From Armatimonadia bacterium (lineage in GTDB: Bacteria; Armatimonadota; Zipacnadia; Zipacnadales; UBA11051), in contig JBDKRC010000211.1 of NCBI GenBank assembly GCA_039683575.1, forward strand, positions 1-24,365: 24,365 nt of DNA, read 5' to 3'. Positions within the stretch are counted from its first letter, which is position 1. The number at the start of each line of letters is the position of its first letter. Below are positions 1 to 8,078 of the stretch, piece by piece. A program made the translations under genes and the position numbers. The notes under the pieces were generated by a model. The model was given only the letters and a program-made list of their open reading frames with translations. It had not been told where the DNA came from and ran no database searches.

Positions 1-339
1 GGGGGGGGCGGGGTGGGGGGGGGGGGGGGGGGGGCATGGGATACTGAGGTTCGGCACCACGGGGCCAATGCGTGGGGCGTGCAGGCGCTGCGCGAGGATT
101 CATTCGACGTACCGTACCGTTGCCTGCTGCCACGGGAGGTCGAGGGGCTGGTGATGGGCGCGGGGCGCAGTATCAGTGTCGAGCACCCCTTCCTGCTGCG
201 GTGCATGGCCCACACGATGGTGGTGGGGCAGGCGGCGGGGACGGCAGCGGCTGTGGCCGGGCAGCAAGCGGTGTCGCCGGGGCAGGTGGCGGTCGCTGCG
301 GTGCAGGAGGAGTTGCGACGGCAGGGGGTTGTCGTGTAG
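1..339 (+). CDS. FAD-dependent oxidoreductase (FAD_oxidored-type), C-terminal part; 5' truncated by the window edge
   Basis: Frame 1 reads FDVPYRCLLPREVEGLVMGAGRSIS...LRCMAHTMVVGQAAGTAAA...VQEELRRQG, matching the family C-terminal motifs (IPYRxLxP, AGRxIS, GQAAG). Stop TAG at 337-339. Bases 1-34 are a G-tract of doubtful reliability. Confidence 0.8.
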   Translation, partial: GGGGVGGGGGGAWDTEVRHHGANAWGVQALREDSFDVPYRCLLPREVEGLVMGAGRSISVEHPFLLRCMAHTMVVGQAAGTAAAVAGQQAVSPGQVAVAAVQEELRRQGVVV

Positions 340-363
340 CTGGCAGCCCGGGACCTACAGCAG

Positions 364-969
364 CTAGTCAGTGAATACGTCCACGGGCCGCCCTGGGATG
401 GCTTTGGCGTGGCCGTCCACGAAGACGACGTTGGTGATACTCCACTTGGGCATGTTGTGCACTGCGCCGTAGCCCTGCTGCCAGAAGAACGCCCCGAAAA
501 CGTCGCTCCACATCCACAGTTCGGTTCTGGAGGAAAGCGTCAACTGGCGCGCGGGGTGGCGCGCAACGAAGGGACCGGTGTTGGAGTGGATGCCGAGCAT
601 GGACCAGTAGTAGTACCCGATGTTGCCGAGGTTGAAGTTGCTCTGCCCGGCGCGCAGGGTGGCATCGGCAGGAACGAGGCTCTCGATTGAGGGGCAGTAG
701 AATAGCTGCCAGTTCTTGACGTACGGCATCAGGCCCTGAGTTACATTGGGCATGCTGTTGCCCTGTGTAGCCGCAACGGGCAGCAGTTCGTCGTAGTCCT
801 GCCCGTAGGCCATGGTAGCCAGGGCGAGTTGTTTGAGGTTGCTCAGGCAGGAGGTCCGCCGCGCCTGCTCTCGCGCCTTGGCGAAGACGGGGAACAATAT
901 GGCGGCCAGAATCGCTATGATGGCAATTACGACAAGCAGCTCAATCAATGTGAAGCCCAGTCGCTTCAT
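364..969 (-). CDS. DUF1559 / prepilin-type N-terminal cleavage-methylation domain protein
   Basis: [47 protein letters not shown], then YGQDYDE and a C-terminal [17 protein letters not shown] lies upstream. Confidence 0.92.
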   Translation of the reverse strand: MKRLGFTLIELLVVIAIIAILAAILFPVFAKAREQARRTSCLSNLKQLALATMAYGQDYDELLPVAATQGNSMPNVTQGLMPYVKNWQLFYCPSIESLVPADATLRAGQSNFNLGNIGYYYWSMLGIHSNTGPFVARHPARQLTLSSRTELWMWSDVFGAFFWQQGYGAVHNMPKWSITNVVFVDGHAKAIPGRPVDVFTD

Positions 970-1115
970 GATTGCGCCCTCCAGAGATGATACTGGAATG
1001 GTACCACGATGCCTTCTCTTCTACAGGCACATATGAGGAACGGCGAGGGCAAGATAGTAGGAAGGGCGCCGGTGCAGGAAGGCCATCCCGAAACTCCGAA
1101 ATGAACACCTGAACC

Positions 1116-2294
1116 ATGCAACGCTGCAAAATTGCCTATCTCGATCATGCCACTGATGTCGGCGGGGGCGCTGAAGAGGCCCTCGTGGACCTGCTGCGCT
1201 TTGTGGACCGCGAGCGGTTCCAGCCGGTGCTGATCGTTGCGGAGCGGTCGGACTGGCTGCGCAACGTGGACCTTGCGGGCGTCGAGGTGATCCGGTACTT
1301 CCCGGAGAGCGAGGAGATACTGGAGCGCTCACGGGATACGCTGGGAGAGGTGCGCTCCAACCTGCGCAGCCTGCGGCACAGTCTGCGCCCGGTGCGGGAA
1401 CTGGTCCATCTGTTGCGCCGACACAAGGTGGACATCGTCCATACGAATTCGCTCAAGACGCACGTGCTGGGGGGACTCGCGGCGCGGTGGGCACGCAGAC
1501 CGCTTATCTGGGACGTGCGCGACATCCTGGACCCCGGCCCGGCGCGCAAGCTGCTGCTCAGTGTGGCCCGGCTGACCCACCCGCATATCGTGGCCATGTC
1601 CGGGGCGGTGGCCAAGTTCCTCGCTCCGGCCCGGTGTGCCACCACCGTAGTACACGGGGGACGCAGCCCCGAGCACTTTGTCCAGGCCGCGCCTTCGCCC
1701 GAGTTGCGGGCCGAGTTGGGGCTGACCGAAGACAACGAGGTCATCAGCGTCATCGCGCGCCTGACGCCCTGGAAGGGGCACATGGTACTGCTGGATGCCT
1801 TCCGCGCGGTACACGTGGAGCGGCCCCAGGCACGGCTGCTGGTGGTGGGGGCGCCGACTTTCTGGGAGGAGACTTACCTGCGGGAGTTACAGGAGCGAGC
1901 GGAGGCTCTGGGGTGCGCCGAGGCCGTGCGCTGGCTGGGCTTCCGCGATGATATCCCGCAGATTCTGGCTCTGTGTGACATGATGGTCCTGCCCTCCTTC
2001 TATGAGCCCTTCGGAATAGTGATCGTCGAAGCGATGATTGCGGGTAAAGCTGTGATCGTGTGCGATTCCGGCGGTCCACCCGAGATCGTGGAGGACGGCG
2101 TGACGGGGCTGGTCGTGCCGACGCAGAAGGTTGGGCCGCTGGCGGACGCCATGGTGGAGCTGCTGAGCGACCCGGAGCGGCTACGAAAGATGGGGCAGGC
2201 GGGGCGACAACGGGCCCTGGACCAGTTTGACATCCGCCATGCCGTGCGCAAGATCGAGGCTATCTACGACCAGATTGCGAGCCGATGCCACTGA
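1116..2294 (+). CDS. Glycosyltransferase family 4 (GT-B fold)
   Basis: N-terminal GGGAE, DIVHTNS, ARLTPWKGH, LGFRDDI and the EX7E motif EPFGIVIVEAM, then GGPPEIVEDGVTG. Confidence 0.93.
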   Translation: MQRCKIAYLDHATDVGGGAEEALVDLLRFVDRERFQPVLIVAERSDWLRNVDLAGVEVIRYFPESEEILERSRDTLGEVRSNLRSLRHSLRPVRELVHLLRRHKVDIVHTNSLKTHVLGGLAARWARRPLIWDVRDILDPGPARKLLLSVARLTHPHIVAMSGAVAKFLAPARCATTVVHGGRSPEHFVQAAPSPELRAELGLTEDNEVISVIARLTPWKGHMVLLDAFRAVHVERPQARLLVVGAPTFWEETYLRELQERAEALGCAEAVRWLGFRDDIPQILALCDMMVLPSFYEPFGIVIVEAMIAGKAVIVCDSGGPPEIVEDGVTGLVVPTQKVGPLADAMVELLSDPERLRKMGQAGRQRALDQFDIRHAVRKIEAIYDQIASRCH

Positions 2295-2962
2295 TGAACA
2301 AGCTGCTGAAAGTGTGCGGTCTCAGCCGGATTGCCGACCTGCGCCACGCCCAGCGTTGTGGAGCCGATTTCGTGGGCCTCGTAGTCGAGGCGCCGGGCTC
2401 CCTGCGCGCGGTGACACTGGAGCAGGCTGAGAGGCTGGCGAAGCTAGCGCCGGGGCAGACTGTGGCGGTGGTGATGAGCGATGACCCGGAATTCTTGAGG
2501 CAGGTTGTCCGGAGACTGCGCCCGCGCGCCCTGCAACTCCACGTGCCGAAGGCCGCGGAGTTGGTTCGCGAGTTGAAGGCCCTGTGCCCGGTGTGGGTGG
2601 CGGTTGGCCTGCCGCCGAAAGGCATCGGTGCCAGCGATGAGGAGCAAGTCGCAGCCGAGATGCGCGCGGCTGCGGAGGCGGGGGCGGAGATGATTGTGCT
2701 GGATACCAGCGTGAAGGGTCAGACCGGGGGTACGGGGCAGACGTCTGACTGGGAACAAGCGGCGAGGCTCGTGGCTCTGTGTCCGATTCCGGTCTTGCTT
2801 GCGGGGGGAATCTGCCCCGAAAACGCCGCCAGGGCTCTGCTGGTCGTAAATCCTGTGGGACTTGACGCCAGCACGCGGCTGGAACGCTGTCCCCGCGAAA
2901 AGGACGCGGCGAAGGTGGAAGCCCTGGCCGCGTCGGTCAAAGACCGGACTGCCTCCCCATAG
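2294..2962 (+). CDS. trpF: Phosphoribosylanthranilate isomerase
   Basis: KVCGL (catalytic Cys), GADFVG, QLH, VLDT (catalytic Asp), GGTG, LLAGG, GLDAS. ATG 2294 overlaps the GT4 stop (TGATG); the ORF-track start 2285 is an alternative. Confidence 0.9.
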   Translation: MNKLLKVCGLSRIADLRHAQRCGADFVGLVVEAPGSLRAVTLEQAERLAKLAPGQTVAVVMSDDPEFLRQVVRRLRPRALQLHVPKAAELVRELKALCPVWVAVGLPPKGIGASDEEQVAAEMRAAAEAGAEMIVLDTSVKGQTGGTGQTSDWEQAARLVALCPIPVLLAGGICPENAARALLVVNPVGLDASTRLERCPREKDAAKVEALAASVKDRTASP

Positions 2963-3029
2963 CCCACACTCAAATCACCTCTGGCCACGCAGAGAACCCC
3001 CTGCGGACGATTCCGCGGTTGCGGAACGC

Positions 3030-3053
3030 ATCAAGATAAAGTAATATCTTCAT
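3030..3053. promoter_or_regulatory. AT-rich palindrome, candidate operator upstream of the barrel-KS-kinase operon
   Basis: ATcAAGATA-AAGTAA-TATCTTcAT; core arms AAGATA 3033-3038 and TATCTT 3045-3050. A second palindrome, TTCCGC-GGTT-GCGGAA, lies at 3011-3026. Confidence 0.35.
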
Positions 3054-3173
3054 CAGCTTCTACCATTGCGCCAGGGAGTGGTGTCTTTGTAGCAGCCTGG
3101 GGTAGGCCCTTCAGCCTGGCAGCATCATCGTACACATTACGTCGCAGCAACACTATGCTTGGAGGCCGAGCCC

Positions 3174-4208
3174 GTGACTCATCTACAGAGAGCCGCCGTA
3201 GTTGCACTCGTACTTGCCGCGCTTGCCGCAATCTCGCCATGTTTCGGCCAAGCCGAAATGTACGCCCTCTCGCATCCCTTTGCCCTCCCCACCGCTACGA
3301 CCACCCGCCTGTTTGGCATGGGCGGCTTCGTTACCTGTATTCCGGACCGAGGCTTTGCCAACCCTGCCTTCGCCGGCGCGCTGACTGACACTTCGGTCGT
3401 CGCCCGCCAGTCCCTCACCAGCTTCGAGAGCGGTCTGCGCTTCAAGGGCCAGCAGGCGTCCCTGGCCTTCCCGCTCAAGGACGACAAGCGCGGCATGCAG
3501 ATCGTTGGCTTCCGCCTTACGAGCCACCCCAGTTCCATCCCGATGCCGACACCCGTGCCGGCGGCCCTGGCGATATCCATGTCCGAGTATGAGTTGTCCC
3601 TCCACTACGGCCAGCGCGTCAGCCATGACCTGCTGCTCGGCGTGGGCGTGGCGCCGGTTTTCCACAATAGCTTCAACCTGTCCGTCGTGCCCAGCGGGCA
3701 TGAACTCGCTCAAATCACCTCCGAATCGGACAAAGGCATGCGTTTGGGCGCGGTCTACGAATGCAGTTCACGCGCGCGGCTGGGGTTTGTTTACGACCGC
3801 TATGATGAGGATGTAGTGGCCTCCGGGCATGCCATCGGCGGCGACGGGTTGCCCTTCTCCTTCACGTCCAAAGAGTTGGCCTTCGGGCTTTCCTATCAGC
3901 TCACGGATCAACTGCTGGGCGCCATCGAGTGGCAGCAGCTGTCCACCGAGCAGGATGCCAGCGATCTGGGCCCCGGAATGAAGTTCGGGGACGCCGGCTG
4001 GCGGATCGGCTTCGAGGGCGTTTCCGAGACCAAGTGGGCCTACCGCGTAGGCAGCAACGACGGGGCTATCTCCCTCGGCCTGGGGTATCTCGGCGACGAT
4101 GACTGGACCTTCAACTACGCCTTTATCCGTGACTGGAACAAGGACATTATCGGAGAGCTGATGGGGCCGTCTAACACCCACCAGTTCGAGCTGTCGTACA
4201 AGTGGTAG
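3174..4208 (+). CDS. Outer-membrane beta-barrel protein, PorV/PorQ/FadL-like
   Basis: Signal peptide (MTHLQRAAVVALVLAALAAISPCFG), hatch-like motif TRLFGMGG...FANPA, many amphipathic strands (ELAFGLSYQL, WAYRVG, WTFNYAF) and a C-terminal aromatic barrel signal THQFELSYKW. GTG 3174 has GGAGG at 3161-3165 (ORF-track start 3159). Confidence 0.7.
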   Translation: MTHLQRAAVVALVLAALAAISPCFGQAEMYALSHPFALPTATTTRLFGMGGFVTCIPDRGFANPAFAGALTDTSVVARQSLTSFESGLRFKGQQASLAFPLKDDKRGMQIVGFRLTSHPSSIPMPTPVPAALAISMSEYELSLHYGQRVSHDLLLGVGVAPVFHNSFNLSVVPSGHELAQITSESDKGMRLGAVYECSSRARLGFVYDRYDEDVVASGHAIGGDGLPFSFTSKELAFGLSYQLTDQLLGAIEWQQLSTEQDASDLGPGMKFGDAGWRIGFEGVSETKWAYRVGSNDGAISLGLGYLGDDDWTFNYAFIRDWNKDIIGELMGPSNTHQFELSYKW

Positions 4209-4250
4209 CCTAAGAGCCGGTCTACGCCGAACAGGGGGCCATCTTTGGTA

Positions 4251-5516
4251 ATGAAGCCTTCGTTGCTTAAGCCACACCAGCGCGTTGTAATCACCGGGCT
4301 GGGCGTTGTCGCGCCCAATGGCATCGGCCGCGATGCCTTCTGGGAGGCTCTCACGGAGGGTCGCTCAGGCATCGACTGGATCAAGGGCTTTGACACGTCT
4401 GACCTGTACTGCAAGATCGGCGGCGAGGTTCGCAACTTCGAGGCCAGCGACTACCGACCGGCCAAGAAGGCGTCGCGCAGCGGCCGCTTCTCCAATTTTG
4501 CCGTGGCCGCCGCCCAGCTTGCGGTGGCCGACGCCGATCTGGAGACCGCCGACGTTGATCCCTATATGATGGGCGCCGTCTTCGGCACCACGCTGGCGGG
4601 GCTTGGCAACATCGGCGATGACATCTACCAGCATCTCTACAAGCAAGGTATCCAGGGTCTTGATCCCCTGGCGCCGAGCGAAGTGTCGGCCCATGCCGCC
4701 ACGGCCAATGTCTTCATTGACCTGGGCATGAAGGGACCGAACACCACCTCCGGCCTCGGGTGCGTCTCGACGCTGGATGCCATGAACACTTCCATGGCGC
4801 TGCTGCAGGCGGGGCGCGCCAAGGTGATGATTGCCGGGGCCACCGAGGCCTGCCTGAGTAGCGTCGGGATGGGCGTATTGGCCGCACAGAAGGTCCTCAC
4901 CAAGCGCAATGATCCCCCGCAGGCAGCATGCCGGCCCTATGACAAGACGCGCGACGGCCTGATCCTGAGCGAGGGCAGCGCCGCGGTGGTGCTGGAGACC
5001 GCAGAACACGCCATGGACCGTGGCGCCCCCATATACGCTGAGGTATTAGGGTACGCCGCGACTACGGAGGCTCATCACCTGCTCCTGGCCAAGCCGGACG
5101 GCGAGGAGCTGGCGCAGGCCTTCCGCACGGCGTTACTGCAGGCGAAGATCTCCACGGATGAAATAGACTATATCTGCGCCCACGGCATCTCGAACAAGCA
5201 GTATGACGTGGCCGAGACCAACGCGGTCAAGCAGGTCATGGGGCCACGGGCTTACCATGTGCCAATGAGCTCGATCAAATCCATGACCGGGCAGCCCTTT
5301 GCCGCAGGTGGTGGTTGGCAGGTGGTCGCAGCCTGTATGACGATGCAAACCGGAATCATCGCCCCGACGATCAACTACAATGAGCCCGACCCGGAGTGCG
5401 ACCTGGATTACGTGCCTAACCAGGCGCGCCAGGCGCGTGTGGACACGGTCATGCTCAACTCGCACAGTGTTGGCGGGACTCACGCCTGTCTTCTGATTCG
5501 CAAGTTTGCGGCCTGA
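4251..5516 (+). CDS. Beta-ketoacyl-ACP synthase II (FabF-like) family protein with a divergent active site
   Basis: RVVITGLGVVAPNGIG, catalytic Cys in GPNTTSGLGC, RPYDKTRDG, EGSAAVVLE, YICAHG, SSIKSMTG, APTINY, DLDYVPN. The second His is replaced by Gln. Start ATG 4251 or TTG 4245. Confidence 0.9.
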   Translation: MKPSLLKPHQRVVITGLGVVAPNGIGRDAFWEALTEGRSGIDWIKGFDTSDLYCKIGGEVRNFEASDYRPAKKASRSGRFSNFAVAAAQLAVADADLETADVDPYMMGAVFGTTLAGLGNIGDDIYQHLYKQGIQGLDPLAPSEVSAHAATANVFIDLGMKGPNTTSGLGCVSTLDAMNTSMALLQAGRAKVMIAGATEACLSSVGMGVLAAQKVLTKRNDPPQAACRPYDKTRDGLILSEGSAAVVLETAEHAMDRGAPIYAEVLGYAATTEAHHLLLAKPDGEELAQAFRTALLQAKISTDEIDYICAHGISNKQYDVAETNAVKQVMGPRAYHVPMSSIKSMTGQPFAAGGGWQVVAACMTMQTGIIAPTINYNEPDPECDLDYVPNQARQARVDTVMLNSHSVGGTHACLLIRKFAA

Positions 5517-5579
5517 GCCGGGGGGCATTATCAGGTCTCTGTGCCGGACCCGCCATCCAGGCGGGGAGGGTCGCTCCCG

Positions 5580-8078
5580 ATGACGTTCAGATTGGACCAT
5601 GTCGTGCTGACTACCATCTCGCTGGCCAGTGTGATTCTCGGGATCGCGGTGTACAGCCGGGCACCAGACCGCGTGTGGAATCGGCTGTTTGCGGTCCAGG
5701 CGTTTGCCGTCAGCATCTGGGTCCTGCTCAACTACCTGCTACAGGCCGCCACCACCACTGAGGAGGCGGCGCTGTGGCTGCGGCTGACCCATCCCTCTGT
5801 GGCCCTCGTGATCTGCACCTGTGTGGATCTCTTCTGGGTCTTCCCGGAGCGCACCGAATTCGCTCCCTGGCCTCGCCGCCTCGCGCTGTATTTCCTGGGT
5901 TTTCTGTTCAGTCTCGTCGCTTTCATGCCCAACCTGTTCACCAGCCTCGAGCTCGCTCGCGGCACGGTGCTTGTGGAGTATGGCTGGCCTTTCCTGGCCT
6001 TCGGCGTATTCGCAATCGGCACACTGGGTTACGCTGACTACATACTCATCCGAAAGCGCCCGCGGCTGACCGGCCTGCAGCGCGCGCAGGTGAATTACGT
6101 TCTCACGGGCATGATCATCGGGCAGCTCCTGGCGCTGCTCACAATGGTCCTGCTGCCGCTTATCTGGCACAACACCTTCTATGCCCGGTGGGGTTCGGCC
6201 AGCTACATGCTGGTAATCGGTTTCATGGCCTACTCCGTGGCCAAGCATGGCATCATCCGGCCAGCAGTCGCCATCATCCGCGCCACAGCCTACCTCGTTA
6301 CCGCCAGCCTGATGCTGGTGGCGGTCATCGCGCTCGCTAGAGTGGGCAAGCCCCTGGTATACCATCTTCCCTCGGCCACGCTGTTTTACATGCTGGCTGG
6401 CGTTGTGTTGGGCTTTGGCGGTGCCTGGATACACCAGTGGATCAAGCGGCGTTTGGAGAACGAGCTTCCTGGCGCCCACCTTGCAGACGCTGCCCAGCGG
6501 GCTTCCGGGGACATACTCCGGACGCTGAATGCCGAGGAGTTGCCCGACTTCGTGTCGGACACCATAATCCAGATGCTGCGTGCGGCCCACGTCAGTTGCT
6601 ATACCCGTGATGCCTCGTCAGGCCATTTCCGCTTGCGGGCAAGCAAGGTGAACAGCCGCGGGGCGGGTGCAGGCCAACTGCCTGCCGAGATCGCCGACGA
6701 TTCGCTACTGGTGCAGATGGTGTCGCGCAGCCCGGACCTGCTGGACCGGTCGCAGATTCGCCGCTTCCACTCCTTTGAGGAGGCCCAGCGGATTGTCGAG
6801 GCCATGCGCCACTATGAGGCCGAGGTGGTCGCTCCAATCCTCTGGGAAGACCGGCTGATGGGCCTGGTGGTGGTCGGAGAGGCTCTTGCGGGAGACATGT
6901 ACGGCCCCGAGGAGATGCGCCTGCTGCAGAACATGCTGCCCCAGGTCTCCCTCGCCGTCCGCAACTCTGAACTCTTTGATGAAGTTGTTCGCATCATGGA
7001 GTACAATGAGAACATTCTGCGCCAGATGCAGAGCGGCGTCATCGCCGTCAACTCCGACCGCAGGATTGTGACCTTCAATCCCGCGGCTGAAGAGATTCTG
7101 GGGCTTAGCGCCGAGAGCGTCCTTGGCCGCACGCCCGATGTCTTGCCAACGCCAATCGCCGCCCGGCTGATTCAGGCGCTCTCGGGCATCCCGCTGCGTC
7201 CCGAGGACCGCATCGAGTTGCCGAACGCGCACGGCCAGCGCATTCCCGTCGCCTGTAGCACCTCCCGCTGGCGCGGCGCGGTGGGCTCACAAGATGGAGC
7301 CATCACCGTTATCAGCGATCTGACACTCGTGGAGGAGCTTGAGCAGGAACGCCGCGACGCCGAGCACCTTAACCTGATCCGGGTGCTCTCCGCGGGCATG
7401 GCGCACGAGATCCGCAACCCGCTGGTGGCGATCCGCACGTTTGCCGAACTGCTGCCCTCCCGCTGGGACGATGACGAATTTCGCGGCGACTTTCTTTCGA
7501 CGGCGCAGGAGGAAATCGAGCGCATCGACCGGCTGCTCACAGACCTGCTGATGCTATCGAAGCCCGCCGGGGCGGTTGTCGAGGCAATCGACGTCAATCG
7601 CGTGTGCGAGGGTGTCACACGTGCCATGTCGGCCAACGCCGAGGCCAAGCAGGTGAGCCTGGTTACCGACCTGCGCCTGGATTCCAGCCGTCCGTTCTTC
7701 GGAGACCGGGGCCGGCTGCATCAGGCACTTGTCAATCTTGTAAAGAATGCGCTAGAAGCGGAGCCTCCGGACGGCCTTGTGAAGGTAACGACTGAGGAGG
7801 CTCAGAATTACGATTCTGAATCCGTTGTGCTCGTCACTGTGCACAACGACAACAGCTACATCCCGGAGGGGCAACTGCAGGAGGTCTTCCGCCCCTTCTA
7901 TTCGCGGCGGCATGGTGGCACAGGCCTGGGTCTTTCGGTCTGCCAGACCATCATCGAGGAGCATCATGGCAGCATTCGTGCCGAGTCTTCCATGCAAGCC
8001 GGCACTGACTTCATCGTGGAGTTGCCGGTGAACTCCATTCCTGGGGAGAACTCGTATGGTCGTAACGCTGGCGACTGA
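5580..8078 (+). CDS. Membrane sensor histidine kinase (HisKA_7TM-like N-terminus, GAF, PAS, HisKA, HATPase)
   Basis: About 9 hydrophobic segments, GAF (APILWEDRLMGLVVVG), PAS (GVIAVNSDRRIVTFNPAAEEILG), H-box AHEIRNPL, N-box LVNLVKNA, F/G2 FRPFYSRRHGGTGLGL. ATG 5580 has SD GGAGG at 5565-5569 (ORF-track start 5541). Confidence 0.93.
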   Translation: MTFRLDHVVLTTISLASVILGIAVYSRAPDRVWNRLFAVQAFAVSIWVLLNYLLQAATTTEEAALWLRLTHPSVALVICTCVDLFWVFPERTEFAPWPRRLALYFLGFLFSLVAFMPNLFTSLELARGTVLVEYGWPFLAFGVFAIGTLGYADYILIRKRPRLTGLQRAQVNYVLTGMIIGQLLALLTMVLLPLIWHNTFYARWGSASYMLVIGFMAYSVAKHGIIRPAVAIIRATAYLVTASLMLVAVIALARVGKPLVYHLPSATLFYMLAGVVLGFGGAWIHQWIKRRLENELPGAHLADAAQRASGDILRTLNAEELPDFVSDTIIQMLRAAHVSCYTRDASSGHFRLRASKVNSRGAGAGQLPAEIADDSLLVQMVSRSPDLLDRSQIRRFHSFEEAQRIVEAMRHYEAEVVAPILWEDRLMGLVVVGEALAGDMYGPEEMRLLQNMLPQVSLAVRNSELFDEVVRIMEYNENILRQMQSGVIAVNSDRRIVTFNPAAEEILGLSAESVLGRTPDVLPTPIAARLIQALSGIPLRPEDRIELPNAHGQRIPVACSTSRWRGAVGSQDGAITVISDLTLVEELEQERRDAEHLNLIRVLSAGMAHEIRNPLVAIRTFAELLPSRWDDDEFRGDFLSTAQEEIERIDRLLTDLLMLSKPAGAVVEAIDVNRVCEGVTRAMSANAEAKQVSLVTDLRLDSSRPFFGDRGRLHQALVNLVKNALEAEPPDGLVKVTTEEAQNYDSESVVLVTVHNDNSYIPEGQLQEVFRPFYSRRHGGTGLGLSVCQTIIEEHHGSIRAESSMQAGTDFIVELPVNSIPGENSYGRNAGD

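Noticed and set aside
1-34. G-tract (possible G-quadruplex, phase-variable tract or poly-Gly)
   Set aside because: It sits at the very edge of the window, inside an enzyme-coding frame where poly-Gly is not expected. A sequencing or assembly artefact is more likely, and reads are needed to judge.
5549-5578. Alternative hairpins over the kinase SD (possible riboswitch)
   Set aside because: Stems of 5-6 bp are expected by chance at this GC content, and no known aptamer motif is present.
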